Below are positions 60,330-64,000 of a stretch of 64,000 nucleotides of DNA, one piece after another; within the stretch, counting starts at the first letter, position 1; every line of letters begins with the position of its first letter. The stretch spans positions 1 to 64,000 of the forward strand of contig JBKBRF010000034.1 of NCBI GenBank assembly GCA_046292385.1, written 5' to 3'. The translations under genes and the position numbers were made by a program. The DNA is from Armatimonadota bacterium. Lineage in GTDB: Bacteria; Armatimonadota; SYMT01. The notes beneath the pieces are model-generated. The model worked only from the letters and a program-made list of their open reading frames with translations, made no database searches and was not told the origin of the DNA.

Positions 60330-61757
60330 CTACCGAGCCGCGCCGCGGGGCGGCTCGGGGCCGTGCCGGTGGTGGCGGGCGGGGTGCCAGAACCAGTAGG
60401 CGGGGAGGCCGAGCAGCACGAGGAAGAGGCCGGCGAGCGCCTCCTGCGGCTGGGTCCAGAGGGTGTAGCCGACGAAGGCGATGCTGAGCAGTACGAACGC
60501 GAGCGGCACGGCCGGGTATCCCCAGGCGCGGTACGGGCGCTCCAGCTCCGGCCGGCGGACGCGGAGCACCAGCACTCCGGCGACCGTCATCCCGTAAAAC
60601 GCCCACGAGGCGAAGATTACGAAGGTGATGAGCTGGTCGAACAGCTTCTTGTCCTTCTCCCAGCCGAGCAGCGGGTTCAGGAAGTCGCCGAACGGGATCA
60701 GGATGAGGAGCCCGGCCCAGGCGCCCTGGAACAGGATCGACCAGTGCGGGGTCCGGAACCGCAGGTGCAACTCGCCCATCTGGCGGAAGAAGAGCTGGTC
60801 GCGCGCCATGGCGTAGAAGATGCGCGGGCCGGTGAGGAGCAGTCCGTTCACGGCGCCTGCAGTGGAGATCATCACCGCCGCCGCGATCAGGCTCGCTCCG
60901 GGAGGGCCGAGGAGCGTTCCGGCGACAGTCGCCGCCACGCGCTTGGAGCTGGCGACCTCCGCCATCGGCACCACGTAGTGGTACGCCAGGTTCACCGCCA
61001 GGTAGATGCCGGTAATCGCGAGCGTGCCGAACAGGAGCGCGCGCGGGACGTTCCGCTGCGGGTCGCGCACCTCCTCCGACACCGCCGCGCCGTTCGCCCA
61101 GCCGTCGAACGCCCAGAGGCTCTGGAGCATCGCCCAGCCGAACGCCGGCAGCAGCGCCCAGCCGAAGCTGCCGCTGAAGAACGGCTGCCAGTTCTGCGGC
61201 GTGCCGATCGGATAGACGAACGCGCCGATCACCAGCGCCACCAGCGCGCCGACCTTGACGGCGGTAAAGAGCACCTGGGTGACGCCGCCGGTCTTCACGC
61301 CGACGTAGTTGATCAGCGTGAACGCCGCGACGGCGGCAAACGCCGCCCAGCGCTGCTGGTCGGGCCCCAGCGCGACGAACTCGCCCAGGTAATCGGTGAA
61401 TGCCACCGCCAGGGCCGCGATGCTTCCCGGCCGCGCCACCCAGAACTCCATCCACCCGAAGAGGAACGCCCAGAGCGGTCCGTACGCCTCCTTGAGGTAG
61501 ACATACTGCCCGCCGGACCGCGGGAACATGGCCGCGAGCTCCGCGTAGGCGAGCGCCCCCGCGAGGGAGAGGAGTCCGGCGACGATCCAGACCAGCAGGA
61601 TCGTCCCGAACCCGTAGGAGCCGAGGGAGCCGGCGATCGCCGCGGGGGTGACGAAGATCCCGGAGCCGATGACGGTGCCGACGACAATGGAGGCGCCTTC
61701 TACGGGGCCGAGGGCGCGGCGGGGGGTAGGGGATTTGGACGCAGGTGGTTCAGACAT
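60330..61757 (-). CDS. APC-family amino acid permease
   Basis: GTVIGSGIF, YAELAAMFP.SGG.YVYL, AFDGW, RPYRAWGYP. Confidence 0.93.
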   Translation of the reverse strand: MSEPPASKSPTPRRALGPVEGASIVVGTVIGSGIFVTPAAIAGSLGSYGFGTILLVWIVAGLLSLAGALAYAELAAMFPRSGGQYVYLKEAYGPLWAFLFGWMEFWVARPGSIAALAVAFTDYLGEFVALGPDQQRWAAFAAVAAFTLINYVGVKTGGVTQVLFTAVKVGALVALVIGAFVYPIGTPQNWQPFFSGSFGWALLPAFGWAMLQSLWAFDGWANGAAVSEEVRDPQRNVPRALLFGTLAITGIYLAVNLAYHYVVPMAEVASSKRVAATVAGTLLGPPGASLIAAAVMISTAGAVNGLLLTGPRIFYAMARDQLFFRQMGELHLRFRTPHWSILFQGAWAGLLILIPFGDFLNPLLGWEKDKKLFDQLITFVIFASWAFYGMTVAGVLVLRVRRPELERPYRAWGYPAVPLAFVLLSIAFVGYTLWTQPQEALAGLFLVLLGLPAYWFWHPARHHRHGPEPPRGAAR

Positions 61758-61784
61758 ATGCGGCGCTCCCGCGCCGCTAGCTCT

Positions 61785-61814
61785 TACTCCTTCTCCTTCT
61801 CCTTCTCCTACTCC
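61785..61814. repeat. Hexamer array (TWCTCC)5, left arm
   Basis: TACTCC TTCTCC TTCTCC TTCTCC TACTCC; contains the stop codon of the four-helix gene. Confidence 0.9.
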
Positions 61815-62215
61815 GAAAGCCCGCCGGAGTCATACTCAACCTGCGCGTCAGAGACCCGGTCTGCGACGCTGTTCCGCAGCTTACGGAGCATCCCCACGAT
61901 CGCGTGTAAGTGGCGCTTACCCGTGTTCGCATCCGTGGCGGCGAGCTTCCCCTGCGCGACCAGGACGTCGAGTCCGGCTGCGCACTCGAAGGCAGAGCCA
62001 CAGGCGATGTCGAGGTAGTGACAGCGCTCCCGAGGCGATTGCTTGGCATTTCCCTCTGCGATATTGAGGGGGATACTTGTCGACGCACGGTCGATCTGGT
62101 CCCGAACCGCCAGCCTGCCTGGCGCTCGATCTGCTGTCGAAGTCCACCAGGTGACGAAAAGAATGGCTTCCTGGTACACGCGGAGCTTTTCGTGGTCGAA
62201 GATCGGGTCAGTCAC
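61808..62215 (-). CDS. Four-helix-bundle protein (23S rRNA IVP/Avd-like, TIGR02436 type)
   Basis: FDHEKLRVYQ, DQIDRASTSIPLNIAEG, IACGSAFEC. Confidence 0.92.
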   Translation of the reverse strand: MTDPIFDHEKLRVYQEAILFVTWWTSTADRAPGRLAVRDQIDRASTSIPLNIAEGNAKQSPRERCHYLDIACGSAFECAAGLDVLVAQGKLAATDANTGKRHLHAIVGMLRKLRNSVADRVSDAQVEYDSGGLSE

Positions 62216-62253
62216 CTCACACTCCGTTTCAGAGTTCGATGATGATGGAACCG

Positions 62254-62295
62254 GGAGAACGAGAAAGAGAAGGAGAAGGAGAAGGAGAAGGAGTC
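62254..62295. repeat. Hexamer array (NGAGAA)6-7, right arm
   Basis: GGAGAA CGAGAA AGAGAA GGAGAA GGAGAA GGAGAA GGAGTC; complementary to the left arm; abuts the moeA stop. Confidence 0.9.
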
Positions 62296-63514
62296 ATTCG
62301 CCTATCATCCGGACGATGACCTCATCCCCCGCCGCGTACCCCGCAGACCCCGACGGCACCACCGTAATCCCCTGCGCCCGCACCATCGTGGTGATCATCG
62401 CGGAAACGCCCATAATCGGCGTGGCATGCCACTCGCTGTCGCGCTGCTCCAGGGTCACGCGCACGTGGTCCTCGCGGCCGTCCGCAGAGCGAAGGGGCTG
62501 GGTGAGCTTCGCGCGCAGGGTGGGGACCTGCTCCGGCAGGTGCAGGAGCTGGCGGAGCACGGGGGCGACGAACTGGTCGAACGTGTTCAGCACGGAGACC
62601 GGCTGGCCGGGGAGGCCGAAGACCGGCTTCCCGCTGCAGACCGCGAAGACGGTCGGCTTGCCGGGGCGGATGTCGACACCGTGGACCAGCACGCCGGGGG
62701 CGCCGAGCTGCTGGATCACCGGGGCGACGAGGTCTTTCGGGCCGACGGAAGTGCCGCCGTTGAAGAGGACGACGTCGTTCTCCGCCAGCGCGCGGCGGCC
62801 GGCGGCGAGGAGCGACTCCTCGTCGTCCTGGATCACCCGGTAGCGGGTGGCGACCGCGCCGAGCGCTTCGACGGAGGCGGCGAGGGCGTAGGAGTTCATG
62901 TCGCGGATCTTCCCGAACGGCGGAGTCTGGTCCGCGGGGACGATCTCGTCGCCGGTCGCCAGAATCCCGACGCGGGGGAGACGGTAGACGCTCACCTCCG
63001 TGACGCCGAGCCCCATCAGAGCGCCGATGTCGGGAGCCCGCAGGCGGTGACCGGCGGAGAGGAGCGGCTCTCCGGCGCGGACGTCCTCGCCGCGCTCGAT
63101 CAGGTGCCGGCCCGCGGTGAGTGCGGCATGCACCGTCACCTCGTCGTCCGTCGCCTCGCACTGCTCGATCGGGACGACCACGTCGGCGCCCTCGGGCAGC
63201 ATGCCGCCGGTCGGGATCCGCGCCGCCTCGCCCGCGGAGAGGGAGAGGGAGGTCGGCTGGCCCATGTGCACTTCGCCGATGATCCGCAGGATCGACGGCA
63301 CGGCGCTGATGTCCTCCGCGCGGCAGGCGAAGCCGTCCATCAACGCCCGGTGGAACGGCGGCAGGTCTTCGGTCGCCTGCACCGCCTCCGCCAGCACCCG
63401 CCCCAGCGCGTGCGGGGTGTCTACCTGCTCCCGCTCGTGCTTAGGCTCCCACGCCTCCGCAAAGCGCGCTCGCGCCTCATCCGCCCCCATCAACCGGCCC
63501 CACGTCTGCGTCAT
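62294..63514 (-). CDS. moeA: Molybdopterin molybdotransferase MoeA
   Basis: GRVLAE, MDGFA, IPTGGMLPEGAD, TGDEI, GGTSVG, RPGKPT, GLPGQP. Confidence 0.95.
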   Translation of the reverse strand: MTQTWGRLMGADEARARFAEAWEPKHEREQVDTPHALGRVLAEAVQATEDLPPFHRALMDGFACRAEDISAVPSILRIIGEVHMGQPTSLSLSAGEAARIPTGGMLPEGADVVVPIEQCEATDDEVTVHAALTAGRHLIERGEDVRAGEPLLSAGHRLRAPDIGALMGLGVTEVSVYRLPRVGILATGDEIVPADQTPPFGKIRDMNSYALAASVEALGAVATRYRVIQDDEESLLAAGRRALAENDVVLFNGGTSVGPKDLVAPVIQQLGAPGVLVHGVDIRPGKPTVFAVCSGKPVFGLPGQPVSVLNTFDQFVAPVLRQLLHLPEQVPTLRAKLTQPLRSADGREDHVRVTLEQRDSEWHATPIMGVSAMITTMVRAQGITVVPSGSAGYAAGDEVIVRMIGE

Positions 63515-63578
63515 GTCGCCCCCTCGTCCTCCTTGCCTGCCACATTATAGATCGCACGAGCGGCGGCAGAATCGACAA

Positions 63579-63604
63579 CGGCCGGGGGGACTTCCCCCCG
63601 GCCG
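63579..63604. terminator. GC-rich hairpin downstream of the last ORF
   Basis: CGGCCGGGGGGA-CT-TCCCCCCGGCCG. Confidence 0.45.
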
Positions 63605-63630
63605 CCAGGTCTTCTCGTTCAGAGCGTGAG

Positions 63631-64000
63631 CTACTTCGCCTTTTCGTAGTGGGCCGCCAGCTCTGCCTTGTGCTCCGGATTCACCGCTACGTGATAGCGG
63701 CGGCTGCCCGCTTCGGTTTCCGGCCGCCAGGTGATCCGCAGCGAGTCGTAGAGCCGCCCGAGCGAGTACTCCAGCACCTTGCGGTCCCAGTCGCGAGACG
63801 GGCGCTTCACATCAAAGGTCACGCCCATGGTGTGGAACTCCGGGTCTCGCGGCACGTCCGGCGGCAGCGGCGCCAGCGGATACCGGGCCCGGAACTTCTC
63901 CCGGTAGCTCTCCGTCTCGACCATCGAGAGCAGCACCAGTGGCTCGCGGCCGCCGTGCTGGCGGTAGATCGCGGCGAGCCGCAGGAGGGCGCCCATCGCT
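63631..64000 (-). CDS. Hypothetical protein, C-terminal part (runs off the window)
   Basis: Open frame to the window edge with host-like codon usage. Confidence 0.55.
   Translation of the reverse strand, partial: AMGALLRLAAIYRQHGGREPLVLLSMVETESYREKFRARYPLAPLPPDVPRDPEFHTMGVTFDVKRPSRDWDRKVLEYSLGRLYDSLRITWRPETEAGSRRYHVAVNPEHKAELAAHYEKAK

Noticed and set aside
61808..62215. Avd-like gene as part of a diversity-generating retroelement or an rRNA operon
   Set aside because: No reverse transcriptase, TR/VR pair or rRNA sequence in the window

Overview
High-GC bacterial chromosomal window, fully prokaryotic, with no rRNA, tRNA, CRISPR array, integrase or transposase that I can recognise. The gene mix suggests a soil lineage such as Armatimonadota with PVC-like genes; this is a weak inference. 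Layout: (1) 0.4-16 kb housekeeping and metabolism: matC/matB-like malonate pair, class V aminotransferase-serA, MFS, surE-ddpX, CPA2 antiporter, secreted GH127-LamG, RidA. (2) About 16-37 kb accessory patchwork: toxin-antitoxin modules, immunity-like genes, gene fragments, a duplicated broken CX5R phosphatase and a secreted Phe-rich repeat protein. (3) About 37-53 kb stress block: Zn-ADH/SRPBCC, LigD-Pol/LigC, circularly permuted ATP-grasp/alpha-E/transglutaminase, KatE, cupredoxin and two clan GH-A proteins, with SigB/SigF-like promoters. (4) A DUF1549/1553-DUF1501-WD40 operon, then moeA, a four-helix-bundle gene and an APC permease. The most striking unexplained structure is the four-helix-bundle (23S-IVP/Avd-like) gene, clamped between complementary hexamer arrays inside the moeA operon. 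At least five ORF-less intergenic elements share the short-tandem-repeat architecture (most with inverted arms), which suggests an RNA-level intervening or mobile element family. Three single-base indels at G positions may be assembly errors.
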